Below are positions 18,723-27,330 of a stretch of 64,000 nucleotides of DNA, in pieces; the first letter of the stretch is position 1, and every line of letters starts with the position of its first letter. The DNA lies in the IMG/VR virus record IMGVR_UViG_3300050132_000248, positions 1 to 64,000 of that record, one strand, 5' to 3'. The notes beneath the pieces were generated by a model that searched no databases, had not been told where the DNA came from, and saw only the letters and a program-made list of their open reading frames with translations. Both the position numbers and the translations under genes were made by a program. Source of the DNA: a virus.

Positions 18723-19745
18723 TTAAAATAATCCTTTTTTCTTGAAGTGCTCCTCTACCTCTTTCATGCTCTTAGCTCCCCAACTTGCAAAATCCTTACA
18801 ACATTCAGTTAATAATTGATCAGGAGGATTAATATGTTTCCATTTGAATGTATCTGTTATTATATAACTTGCTGATTTTCCAACAGGATCACTATCACCT
18901 CCATAAAAGACAAGAATAGAATTATTGTTTATATAGTCTACTGTCTCCTGAGAGAAAGCTGCTAATGATTCATTTTGCACATGACAGACATAAGAGTAGA
19001 TTTTTCTGCAAACAACCTGATCCTTAAGTGATTTAGCGATAAGAGTATTATGATTCTTATCCAAGTTCTCTAATCCTCCCGCTAAACTTAAGGGAACATT
19101 AGAAAGCCATTTGGTTTTCTTACTATTGTGAGGTCGATAAAGTTTCCAATATCTTCCCTGATAAAGATAACCAAACCTCAATTCAGTTTCCTTTAAAGGA
19201 AATCTCTTTCTATTGAGAAACAGTTTATCAATAGAATAGATGTGATTATCTCTCAGATCCTGTAGGTCTATATGATAAGAATTCCAATAGGATAGCTCTT
19301 CATTTGTAAACTTACGAGTAACAACTTGAATCATTACTGAATGTTTCTCTTTATCTTCCTCTGGCTGCTTATATTCAGAAACTATTCTCTTATATTCTCC
19401 TACATTTGAAACATCAGATATTCCCAAGCCAAACTCTTTATCAATTATTCTCAAAGCCTCATTATATGAGCATGCATGGAGTGCCTTTATAAAATCAAAT
19501 GCATCTCCCGAGAGAGAAAGACTAAAATCAATAAATGTTAGATGACCATTCTTATTACCGATAAGAAAGCTTGGATTCTGGTCTGGATGTAGGGGTGAGT
19601 TTGTAGCTTCATTAATCCTCCAATTTATATTTGGCATGAAATGTCTGAATATATCAAAAGGAGTGATCATTTTAAGAATATTCTCTGCTGTTAGTTCTAT
19701 TTTAACTTTTCCTTTTATCATTATTGTACCATTTAATGAATTCAA
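18723..19745 (-). CDS. DNA primase (DnaG-like; degenerate CHC2 region plus TOPRIM)
   Basis: SPL..DQNPSF N-terminus, KSLKD, QNES, GDSDPVG TOPRIM, KDF C-terminus; likely start 19721. Confidence 0.8.
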   Translation of the reverse strand: MNSLNGTIMIKGKVKIELTAENILKMITPFDIFRHFMPNINWRINEATNSPLHPDQNPSFLIGNKNGHLTFIDFSLSLSGDAFDFIKALHACSYNEALRIIDKEFGLGISDVSNVGEYKRIVSEYKQPEEDKEKHSVMIQVVTRKFTNEELSYWNSYHIDLQDLRDNHIYSIDKLFLNRKRFPLKETELRFGYLYQGRYWKLYRPHNSKKTKWLSNVPLSLAGGLENLDKNHNTLIAKSLKDQVVCRKIYSYVCHVQNESLAAFSQETVDYINNNSILVFYGGDSDPVGKSASYIITDTFKWKHINPPDQLLTECCKDFASWGAKSMKEVEEHFKKKGLF

Positions 19746-20154
19746 CTACTGCAACCCATGTAGCTTCGATCTTTGAGGATATTTTACTTGAGGAAGGATT
19801 AATAGTACATCTTATTTCTCCACCAAGACAATCTTTAATTGTACAATTCCAATTATCAATTATAACAGCATGACCATAAAAGTCTCTATATGAAACATTA
19901 GTATTCTCTATCTTTTCTACAACAGGCATTAACCAATTCCAATCTTTATGATAATTCAAACTTGTGGTATAACCAACTCCTTTTTCATTTATCCATCTCG
20001 ATGGTGCAAAATATTCACCATGAGAATCTGTTCCATGACTTGCTCTTGCAAATTTCATTCCTATGAATTTTGCAATTAGTTCATTTCCTTTCTTTGCATC
20101 TTTAGCTTTCATGTTCATACCATTTAATAAATTCAACCACTGTAAGCCATACAC
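19702..20154 (-). CDS. hypothetical protein, tandem paralog A
   Basis: N.LIAKF, YHKDWNWLMPVVEKIE, KIEATWVAVVEFIKWY; likely start near 20112. Confidence 0.65.
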   Translation of the reverse strand: MYGLQWLNLLNGMNMKAKDAKKGNELIAKFIGMKFARASHGTDSHGEYFAPSRWINEKGVGYTTSLNYHKDWNWLMPVVEKIENTNVSYRDFYGHAVIIDNWNCTIKDCLGGEIRCTINPSSSKISSKIEATWVAVVEFIKWYNNDKRKS

Positions 20155-20650
20155 ATTCTATTTTTGTAGAAGGTCTCCATGTTCCCATTTCATAATTTAC
20201 TTTACCTCCTTCAGTTATCATTTCTTTAGAATAAGGTTTAGAACTTTCAAATTTCAATAAAGGTTTATGATTATGAACAATAATACCACAATAGTTCTCA
20301 AATCCAATAACTACTCCAATAGAATGATTATTAATCTTTGTTTGTTCAATCTTCTCAATAACCCTAAGAAGCCAATCCCACGAAGAATGAAACTCTAATT
20401 GATCAAAAGAAAATTGATGATCATCTTTATCATCTTCATGAGGATTATAATTTGTCTTATCTGGAATATCAAATCCCTCTATACATTGATGATAGCCATA
20501 TTCATCTTCATAATGAGGAAAACCATTTTTATATTCCAGAAATTTAGCAATTAAAACATTCCCTTCTATTCTTTCTTTATTTGTCATATATATGGAGTTA
20601 TTAATGATATAAAAAAGAGGTCTACTATTTCTAATAGGCCTCTTTAACAA
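20102..20650 (-). CDS. hypothetical protein, tandem paralog B
   Basis: N.LIAKF, FHSSWDWLLRVIEKIE, KIECVWLTVVEFIKWY; likely start 20587 (track start crosses a terminator). Confidence 0.65.
   Translation of the reverse strand: MLKRPIRNSRPLFYIINNSIYMTNKERIEGNVLIAKFLEYKNGFPHYEDEYGYHQCIEGFDIPDKTNYNPHEDDKDDHQFSFDQLEFHSSWDWLLRVIEKIEQTKINNHSIGVVIGFENYCGIIVHNHKPLLKFESSKPYSKEMITEGGKVNYEMGTWRPSTKIECVWLTVVEFIKWYEHES
20611..20645 (-). terminator. intrinsic terminator
   Basis: AAAGAGGCCT...AGACCTCTTTTTT stem plus U-tract after the 20660 stop. Confidence 0.65.
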
Positions 20651-20659
20651 TTTAAAGAT

Positions 20660-21538
20660 TTAATATTCCGAAGAAGCAGGATCTATCACTTTATCACTGC
20701 TCGTAATGAATTTACTTGGATCAAATTCTTCCAAATCTTTTAATACATATGCATCCCGGCAACCATATTCACCAACAACCTTCAGGACAAATTTCTCATA
20801 AGCTTTCTGATCCTTTGGTTTCTTTGCAGAAATTTTTGCAATGACATCTGGATTTGAATAATCAACAAGTCTAAAGTTCTTAATTGCATAAGGTGGCAAG
20901 AAAGCCTTGTTATAGATCCCTTGATATTCCTTCTTTTCTATTTCTCCTGTTTCAGTATTTGCTTTCTCACGAGTGATTACAGTAGCAAGAACACCAACAT
21001 TACCAGCATATTCTCCACCAATCTGTTCTGACAACTCTTTAACATTGCCTTTCATAAGTTTCTTGAAGTCAATACTTAAATCAGCTTCTGCTTTACGAGT
21101 GTCAATATTTATCCATGTACGCAGGAATTCATATAATTCTTCTTCTCCTGTATTAGCTTTGCGATAAGGATATTTCTTAAACCAATCAGGAAGATTATTC
21201 TCACCATCAGCCCATGTGGTACTACCAATATTGTTAATATATTGTATTTTGGTACCTTCTTTATTCTCTCTGATTTTATCTTCAAGATAGAAACTAACAG
21301 GAGCTTGAAATATTTCACCTGGTGTTTTTATATCCTTCAGCCAGAAGTTCAGCCTTAAATATGTATTTCCCTCCTTGCTTTCTCCAAGATATTCAGTTGC
21401 CTTACTTTCTTCAGGCAGCGTTATTCCTAACACCTCAGAATACTCTTCAATAGAAGGATTAATAATTACTACGGAACCCTCAAAAATTCCTACAGATTTG
21501 CTAAAATCTTTAGCTTCACGCTTATTTCCTTGTATCAT
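20660..21538 (-). CDS. conserved replication-module protein (possibly ssDNA-binding)
   Basis: 292-aa ORF next to the Sak4-like ATPase; acidic tail; function inferred from context only. Confidence 0.5.
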   Translation of the reverse strand: MIQGNKREAKDFSKSVGIFEGSVVIINPSIEEYSEVLGITLPEESKATEYLGESKEGNTYLRLNFWLKDIKTPGEIFQAPVSFYLEDKIRENKEGTKIQYINNIGSTTWADGENNLPDWFKKYPYRKANTGEEELYEFLRTWINIDTRKAEADLSIDFKKLMKGNVKELSEQIGGEYAGNVGVLATVITREKANTETGEIEKKEYQGIYNKAFLPPYAIKNFRLVDYSNPDVIAKISAKKPKDQKAYEKFVLKVVGEYGCRDAYVLKDLEEFDPSKFITSSDKVIDPASSEY

Positions 21539-21550
21539 GATTTATAGTTT

Positions 21551-21895
21551 TTAGTTATTAGTTTCTTTTATTTTATAAGATATCTTTTGAATTTCTTCCA
21601 TTTCATAGAAATGTATAGTGATAAAACAATCCTCAACTTCTGACTCTTCTGACTCTTCTGAAAATAGATTGGTAATTAGTCTTATGCCAAGAAATCTATC
21701 ATAAATTCCTATTACTGTTGTGATTAGTTCATACCATCCATGAGCATCAGGATTCAAATAATCCTCAAGCAACTTCCAATTGCCCTCGAAATACTCCTTC
21801 CATATATCATCAGGAATATTCTCTTCCCAGCTCATTGATTTCTGAAGGATTTTTAAATCATTCAGCTTTTTCAATAATTCATCAAATTTTTCCAT
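21551..21895 (-). CDS. hypothetical protein
   Basis: 114-aa acidic ORF. Confidence 0.55.
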   Translation of the reverse strand: MEKFDELLKKLNDLKILQKSMSWEENIPDDIWKEYFEGNWKLLEDYLNPDAHGWYELITTVIGIYDRFLGIRLITNLFSEESEESEVEDCFITIHFYEMEEIQKISYKIKETNN

Positions 21896-21896
21896 A

Positions 21897-22562
21897 TCAC
21901 TTATAATATTCGTTTACAGTAGTTATTACATCTTTCATATTATTAGGAATCTTCAATTCGTTAAACATTCCCGTTGGTGATTTAGCTGGATACTTTTTAT
22001 ATCTATTTGTAGCAAACCAATAATCTGTCTTTTCACCCTTAGTTTCTACGATAGCATATAGTACAACAGTAAAAAGTCCTTCTAATTTAATCTGAGAATC
22101 TATGAGTTTCCCCGCAGTCTTCATCTTGTAGGTAGTAATTTCTCCACTATCATCAACTTCTTCCAAATGAGAGATATAGATAACAATTAAATCATCTCTA
22201 AGCTTCTTTGCAGTCTTAATGAGGTTAACCATTTGCTGAGCCATTACAGAGAATTTAGTATATCCTACTTCAGTGGCTTTTGCTACTAAGTTGAATCCCA
22301 TAATGTAATTGGCATCCTCAATGATTATATTCTTTATCTGGGGAGCTGTATCTGATAAAGTTTGAAGAAGTCTTTGAATCTCAGTAGCATCTTCTACTGT
22401 CTTATAATTTTTGTTATCTCTATTATATATTGCAGAACTCCCTTTAAATGGTAACTCTTTATCTGCTACATTGATAATATATGTTTCCTTGTGATCCAAG
22501 AATTGGATACTGTGGGATTTTCCGCTTCCGGTATCACCTACTAATGCAATTAGTTTGCTCAT
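21897..22562 (-). CDS. AAA_24/Sak4-like P-loop ATPase
   Basis: GDTGSGKS, IIIED, SH.EE, KTAGKLID, EGLFTVVL, AKSP.GMF. Confidence 0.8.
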   Translation of the reverse strand: MSKLIALVGDTGSGKSHSIQFLDHKETYIINVADKELPFKGSSAIYNRDNKNYKTVEDATEIQRLLQTLSDTAPQIKNIIIEDANYIMGFNLVAKATEVGYTKFSVMAQQMVNLIKTAKKLRDDLIVIYISHLEEVDDSGEITTYKMKTAGKLIDSQIKLEGLFTVVLYAIVETKGEKTDYWFATNRYKKYPAKSPTGMFNELKIPNNMKDVITTVNEYYK

Positions 22563-22611
22563 ATTTATTTATATTTAGTTGATTATTTGTTGTTTCACTC
22601 TGTAAAATTAA

Positions 22612-22800
22612 TCAAATTTCTTCAGACTTCAAAACTTTTTCTTTAGTTTGTATTACATCAGGGTTAGCTTTAATTTCTTCATATCGCTTCTCAATTTCAT
22701 CCTTATCATAGCTTCCAACTATGAATTCTCCATCTATAGTTATTCTATACCAAGGATAAGGATTATTAAATTTGTGTTCTTCTGTTAGTTCTATTTTCAT
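22612..22800 (-). CDS. hypothetical protein
   Basis: 62-aa ORF. Confidence 0.55.
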   Translation of the reverse strand: MKIELTEEHKFNNPYPWYRITIDGEFIVGSYDKDEIEKRYEEIKANPDVIQTKEKVLKSEEI

Positions 22801-23036
22801 GATTTATAGTTTATTAGTTTTACAAAACCTTTGCTTAATTTTATACAGAATTCTTCTTCTATCTTAGATTCAATTTCATTTCTTAACTTATTCCTTGAAT
22901 ATTCAATTATAGCCAGAATTAATTTTCCAGGGACTTGTGCATTATTAAGAAAAGGAACTTGAATAATCTTATCTTCAATATTCTCTTCTTCAAAGAATTT
23001 CTCTAATTCTTCAAGTGTTTTTTTACTTAGTTCCAT
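22797..23036 (-). CDS. hypothetical protein
   Basis: 79-aa ORF. Confidence 0.5.
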   Translation of the reverse strand: MELSKKTLEELEKFFEEENIEDKIIQVPFLNNAQVPGKLILAIIEYSRNKLRNEIESKIEEEFCIKLSKGFVKLINYKS

Positions 23037-23037
23037 A

Positions 23038-24108
23038 TCATAAATATTTGATTTTAGATTTGTTGAACAGTTCTAGTGATTTATGCAACCATGCAGATTC
23101 TGTGGGTTCTGTTGAGGATAAAATAGTAATCTTTGCAACCTTCTCTGCATTGTCATAATCAAAATTCATACAACGATTTATTTTTTGTGTCATATTCTGA
23201 CTATTACTATCAAAAAAGTTAATGATCACTCTGCTTAGATTTAGATATGTGGTACCAGTGTTTCCGATTTTACAGACAGCTAACTGTTTAATATCTCCCT
23301 TGACAAAATCCTCAAATAGATTCTTCTCTGTGGATTTACTATGATAGGATGGAATCCCCAAAGAATCCGCTATTTTGATAACTCCACAGAAAGTTAATAC
23401 TCTTTGATTCTCATACTCCTTTAGAAGAGAAATAGTTTTATTCTTCTTTGCAAGACTGTTTTGAATAATTCTCATTCTCTGTAGTCTTAAAAAGAATGTA
23501 TCCTTTCCCTCTTTAACAAGTTTATTAATCACCCATGAGACATTATCAAATTTCTGTTTCTCTGTTTTGCCATTGTACAGCTTCACTTTATTATCTAAAG
23601 GAACAGAAACAACACTAATTTCATAATTCGCTATAATACCCTCTTCAATTGCTTGCTCTATGGAATATTCAGCAATAACATTAAGACCAAGAACATCTTT
23701 TATAGTTTTCCTTGTATCTTTAGCCAATGTGCCAGTTAATGCAAGACAGATTTTGTTCAGTTTAAGAAGTTCATAACATGTAATTAGTTGCTGCTCACTA
23801 AGAAGGTGCACCTCATCAATTATTACAATATCATAACTTGCATCCTTATATTTATGTAAAGAAAGATGAGTTGTAAATGTAACATTGGGATTGATATAAT
23901 TCATTATTTCAAATTCATCAATCCAAGACTGCCTTATTTTCCCATCAGGATATGCAATTAATACAGAAGGCTGTGGATTGAAAGTGTTTAGTATAAGGAC
24001 ACCAATCCTGCTCTTACCTGTCCTTGGAGCTGCTAAAATGATCCCAAACTTTTCACTTTCAATCCACTTATCACATAATTCTTGCTGTCGTTGATCACGT
24101 AGACTCAT
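23038..24108 (-). CDS. SF2 (DExH) helicase
   Basis: AAPRTGKS, IIIDEVH, LALTGT, QKINR; start revised to ATG 24108. Confidence 0.8.
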   Translation of the reverse strand: MSLRDQRQQELCDKWIESEKFGIILAAPRTGKSRIGVLILNTFNPQPSVLIAYPDGKIRQSWIDEFEIMNYINPNVTFTTHLSLHKYKDASYDIVIIDEVHLLSEQQLITCYELLKLNKICLALTGTLAKDTRKTIKDVLGLNVIAEYSIEQAIEEGIIANYEISVVSVPLDNKVKLYNGKTEKQKFDNVSWVINKLVKEGKDTFFLRLQRMRIIQNSLAKKNKTISLLKEYENQRVLTFCGVIKIADSLGIPSYHSKSTEKNLFEDFVKGDIKQLAVCKIGNTGTTYLNLSRVIINFFDSNSQNMTQKINRCMNFDYDNAEKVAKITILSSTEPTESAWLHKSLELFNKSKIKYL

Positions 24109-24382
24109 TCTTCTTCTTTTTATATTCTTCAAACCATGCCTTAAATAAGAAATAAGGATCTTTACCATCATTTAATGTAGTAAAGGCAAAGACCTGTCCA
24201 GCAATGTTTAACACTTCTTCTTCAGAATACATTCCTTGTGTATGGAAATCTTTAGCACTCTGTGATTTAGCTCCTGTAATAAAAGCAATATGCATAAAAG
24301 CATCATAAGATTTAGTATTACCAGGAATAGCACATTGTCCATATACATATTCTTTAGCAGCTTCTTCTATTGTCTGTTTCAT
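24095..24382 (-). CDS. hypothetical protein
   Basis: 95-aa ORF, TIEEAA and YSEEEV motifs common in phage ORFans. Confidence 0.6.
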   Translation of the reverse strand: MKQTIEEAAKEYVYGQCAIPGNTKSYDAFMHIAFITGAKSQSAKDFHTQGMYSEEEVLNIAGQVFAFTTLNDGKDPYFLFKAWFEEYKKKKNEST

Positions 24383-24603
24383 GATGTTGAAATTAGAAGT
24401 TTATACTCAAATTGAGGAGGAAATGAATCTATTGGTTCTCCATCTTCCATATCACATAAATCATATTCATTATCACCAATTACTACAGTAGAAGGTCCTC
24501 CTCTTGAAGGATTATAGTAGATTTGTAATTCATCTAATAACTCTACTGCCTTACGAAGTTTAATCATATCTGGGTGATTATCAGTTAGTTTTTGTCTTTT
24601 CAT
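24379..24603 (-). CDS. hypothetical protein
   Basis: 74-aa ORF. Confidence 0.55.
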   Translation of the reverse strand: MKRQKLTDNHPDMIKLRKAVELLDELQIYYNPSRGGPSTVVIGDNEYDLCDMEDGEPIDSFPPQFEYKLLISTS

Positions 24604-24916
24604 ACCATTTTTGTTTTAAAGCTTCATCAAACATTTCAATTAATTCATCAACCAAATCTTCATTATTCTCAAGATAGTGCCACACTTCTTTGAATTCTAA
24701 TTCATCTTCATGTGTACATGTTCTATCTTTCCATCTATGGAGAAAAGGATAAAATGTATCAAAGAGATAGGTATCATTATCCCAAGCTAAATGTTGATCT
24801 GAATAGTCTTCTTCATGAAGCTCATAAAATTCAAGCCACGTAAGTCTATCACCTGTTGTAAAGCTGGAGAGTTCTATTTCTCCTAACATTGTGTGTAAAG
24901 TTGTTGTCTGAAACAT
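24581..24916 (-). CDS. hypothetical protein
   Basis: 111-aa acidic ORF. Confidence 0.55.
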   Translation of the reverse strand: MFQTTTLHTMLGEIELSSFTTGDRLTWLEFYELHEEDYSDQHLAWDNDTYLFDTFYPFLHRWKDRTCTHEDELEFKEVWHYLENNEDLVDELIEMFDEALKQKWYEKTKTN

Positions 24917-24918
24917 AA

Positions 24919-27165
24919 TTAAGGGTTTTTAAAAAAGTAAGTTTTATCTATAATTGCTTCATAATCAGAATCTGTAATGTCACTCTTCTTAGGCATCTCT
25001 TTGAATAAACCTAACTCACCCAAGAATGCGAGTCCAATTCTCAGGTCATCGCTGCCCATTGAGTTCTTAATAAGTCTCAAACTTCTGTAATACTTATTCC
25101 CAAGATTGTCTTTTAATTTCTCAAGATTGTATCCAGAGGTGTCTTCAACTTTATATCTTATAGGATCAAAGAGAGCAAGAACAGCATCTGCGTCATTCTG
25201 AGTCTGAGAACTATCAGCAAAATCTTCAAGATTTGGCTCTACATCTCCAACCTTCAGTCTCATAGGATTAGAAATTGATCTATTGAACTGGCTTACCAAT
25301 ACAGGCGTATAACCATAAAAATCTCTGGCTCTCTGCATCTCAGAACTTAATTTATCAATTACATCCTTTTTAGTATTAAGGTCTTTTGTAAGTCTCAACA
25401 AACCAACATGATCAACGATTACAATAGTAATTTCATTGTTGTTGTTTGGTATGTAGATGGTGTTATATTGACTGATTTCTTCTATCCTGCCATGTTCAAG
25501 AGCATAAGTTCTCAAATCTTTCGCAACACCAACAGGATTTTCAGGTCCGTCAATGAGAATTACAGTTTCCTCTAACTCATTAATGTAATCCTGATAGGAG
25601 AGATAGAGATCATGCTCATCATGGGTCATTTTCTCTGTCCAACCCAATAGTTTATCAACAGGAACAATAAATCCTTGATCCATGAATATCTTTCCACTTA
25701 TCCACTTAGCTAATTTATACTTCTTATTCCTCTCCATGGAACGATAGATGATTTTCAGCTTGATTCCTGTTGTATTCTCCTTGGATCTGACAAATTCAAA
25801 CGGATTAAGAACAAAGGCATTATCTACAAAACTCGTGTTATGAGTTACTGTAAAATCCTCCAGAAAGAATAATTTAGAATCTTCAAGTTCAAATCCATAA
25901 TACTCTCCTTCCCCTATTGATTTAATTACTAACTGTCCTCTAGTATTATCTTTATTTGGAGTATTAATCTTAGCTTGTTTTCGTTTAACTCTGCATGGAA
26001 TTTGATTAACTGCTCCATAGATTTGAATTCTAAATACAGGACATGAATAAATAGTTCCATCTTTTCTTTTCATTGTAGCAAGTTTTGGATTAATAGATGT
26101 ATAAAATCCTAATGATCTACTAAGCCAAACTATATCATTAGCTAACTGTTCGTTCTTCTGTATAATTTCATAACCCGCTTTATTAGTATAATATCCATCT
26201 GTATCTACTAATCCTGCTAATAATTCTAATCTATTCTTTCTTGAATTTCTAGAAAAGTCAAATGGAATGTGTTTATTATTTAGAACATTTAATGATCTTA
26301 GTATAAGTTTAAATGGAATACCATTATTCTTATTTCTCTTCCAAAAATATCCTCCAGTTTTTGATCCTTTTATAGCTGCTGTTGATATATTACTATTAGC
26401 TATTCCAGTTTTTCGTGAAGCATCACAAGCATTCTTAAACTCCTCAATAAAATTCAAATTCTCATCTAGTTTTATAACTGCTTGAGAACGTCCTGCTACA
26501 ATATGATATGATGGACAACTACTACTATTATCAATCCTTATAAAATTATTAATAGATTCAGAAAATTTATAAATTGCTTCCTTTAGCTCAGGATCTGGAG
26601 TAGTTATAGCAGGTTCAGCACATGAACCATCTCCTAACCATAGTCCAAGAATATAAGGATCCAAAGACAATTGTTTTTCTGGAAAATCTACACCTACTTT
26701 ATATCCATATAATCTATCTCGTTGCCATTTAGGTAACTTTAAATAGGATTTAATATTTATATTTAAAGTTTCTCCAAATTTTTTCATTAGTTGTTTACCT
26801 GATGGTTTTAAGGATAAAATATGAGAACCGTTCACTACATATGTCATTCCTCTTTTTTGACTAATAGAAAACATTTCTTCAGTACCAGAACAGATTCCTA
26901 TAACCTTTGTAGATTTACTATCTATAGATATTAATAAATCATCTACTTTTATATCCTCTACCTTCTTATAAGTACCATTATACATCAGTACTTTAGTACC
27001 TTTAGCTAGACATTTCCCAGATCCAGTATTTCCACCTACTAGAAAGAAAGTAGCCTTTCTAAGCCCCACATACTTATTAAGTCTACCAAATCCTATAGGA
27101 ATGCCTTTGTTTCTCCCAGCAAGCCCATCATTAACTTCCTCATTTAATGTTTCAAAATAACTCAT
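24919..27165 (-). CDS. DnaB-like replicative helicase interrupted by an intein
   Basis: GGNTGSGK|intein|TSF Walker A, SME, IVIVDH, VSQFNR, DFADSS...DAD, LIKNS.G. Confidence 0.9.
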   Translation of the reverse strand: MSYFETLNEEVNDGLAGRNKGIPIGFGRLNKYVGLRKATFFLVGGNTGSGKCLAKGTKVLMYNGTYKKVEDIKVDDLLISIDSKSTKVIGICSGTEEMFSISQKRGMTYVVNGSHILSLKPSGKQLMKKFGETLNINIKSYLKLPKWQRDRLYGYKVGVDFPEKQLSLDPYILGLWLGDGSCAEPAITTPDPELKEAIYKFSESINNFIRIDNSSSCPSYHIVAGRSQAVIKLDENLNFIEEFKNACDASRKTGIANSNISTAAIKGSKTGGYFWKRNKNNGIPFKLILRSLNVLNNKHIPFDFSRNSRKNRLELLAGLVDTDGYYTNKAGYEIIQKNEQLANDIVWLSRSLGFYTSINPKLATMKRKDGTIYSCPVFRIQIYGAVNQIPCRVKRKQAKINTPNKDNTRGQLVIKSIGEGEYYGFELEDSKLFFLEDFTVTHNTSFVDNAFVLNPFEFVRSKENTTGIKLKIIYRSMERNKKYKLAKWISGKIFMDQGFIVPVDKLLGWTEKMTHDEHDLYLSYQDYINELEETVILIDGPENPVGVAKDLRTYALEHGRIEEISQYNTIYIPNNNNEITIVIVDHVGLLRLTKDLNTKKDVIDKLSSEMQRARDFYGYTPVLVSQFNRSISNPMRLKVGDVEPNLEDFADSSQTQNDADAVLALFDPIRYKVEDTSGYNLEKLKDNLGNKYYRSLRLIKNSMGSDDLRIGLAFLGELGLFKEMPKKSDITDSDYEAIIDKTYFFKNP
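25837..27012 (-). mobile_element. intein (392 aa) with LAGLIDADG homing endonuclease
   Basis: Begins CLAKGT, block B VNGSHIL, LGLWLGDG and LLAGLVDTDG, ends YGFEL...FTVTHN followed by Thr(+1); inserted right after the Walker A Lys. Confidence 0.92.
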
Positions 27166-27329
27166 ATGGGTTCTGTATTAGACAGTTGTTCTCTTAATTC
27201 TTCTATTTTCTCGTCTTTCTCATCAACTAATTTCTCAAGAGATTCTATTTCACTAATTAGTTCCTCTATGTAGCCTTCTACATTGTCACAAGAATTTCTT
27301 GCATCTCTTTCAAGTTTTGTATTGTTCAT
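27162..27329 (-). CDS. small coiled-coil protein (55 aa, not in ORF track)
   Basis: MNNTKLERDARNSCDNVEGYIEELISEIESLEKLVDEKDEKIEELREQLSNTEPI*; ATGA overlap with the helicase start. Confidence 0.6.
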   Translation of the reverse strand: MNNTKLERDARNSCDNVEGYIEELISEIESLEKLVDEKDEKIEELREQLSNTEPI

Positions 27330-27330
27330 A

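Larger units (their letters stand above)
17813..18767 (-). repeat. protein-level duplication MKEVEEHFKKKGL (17822-17860 and 18729-18767)
   Basis: 13 identical residues; codons 2-10 all differ at the third base. Confidence 0.9.

Noticed and set aside
17813-18767. Group I intron in primase with the LAGLIDADG as intron ORF
   Set aside because: The upstream primase copy is complete with its own stop, the spacer holds a promoter, and I saw no P7-type core; a free-standing insertion fits better. RT-PCR would settle it.
18723-19745. Loss of zinc-ligand Cys in the primase CHC2 region as a novelty
   Set aside because: Degenerate zinc-binding domains are frequent in phage DnaG-like primases.
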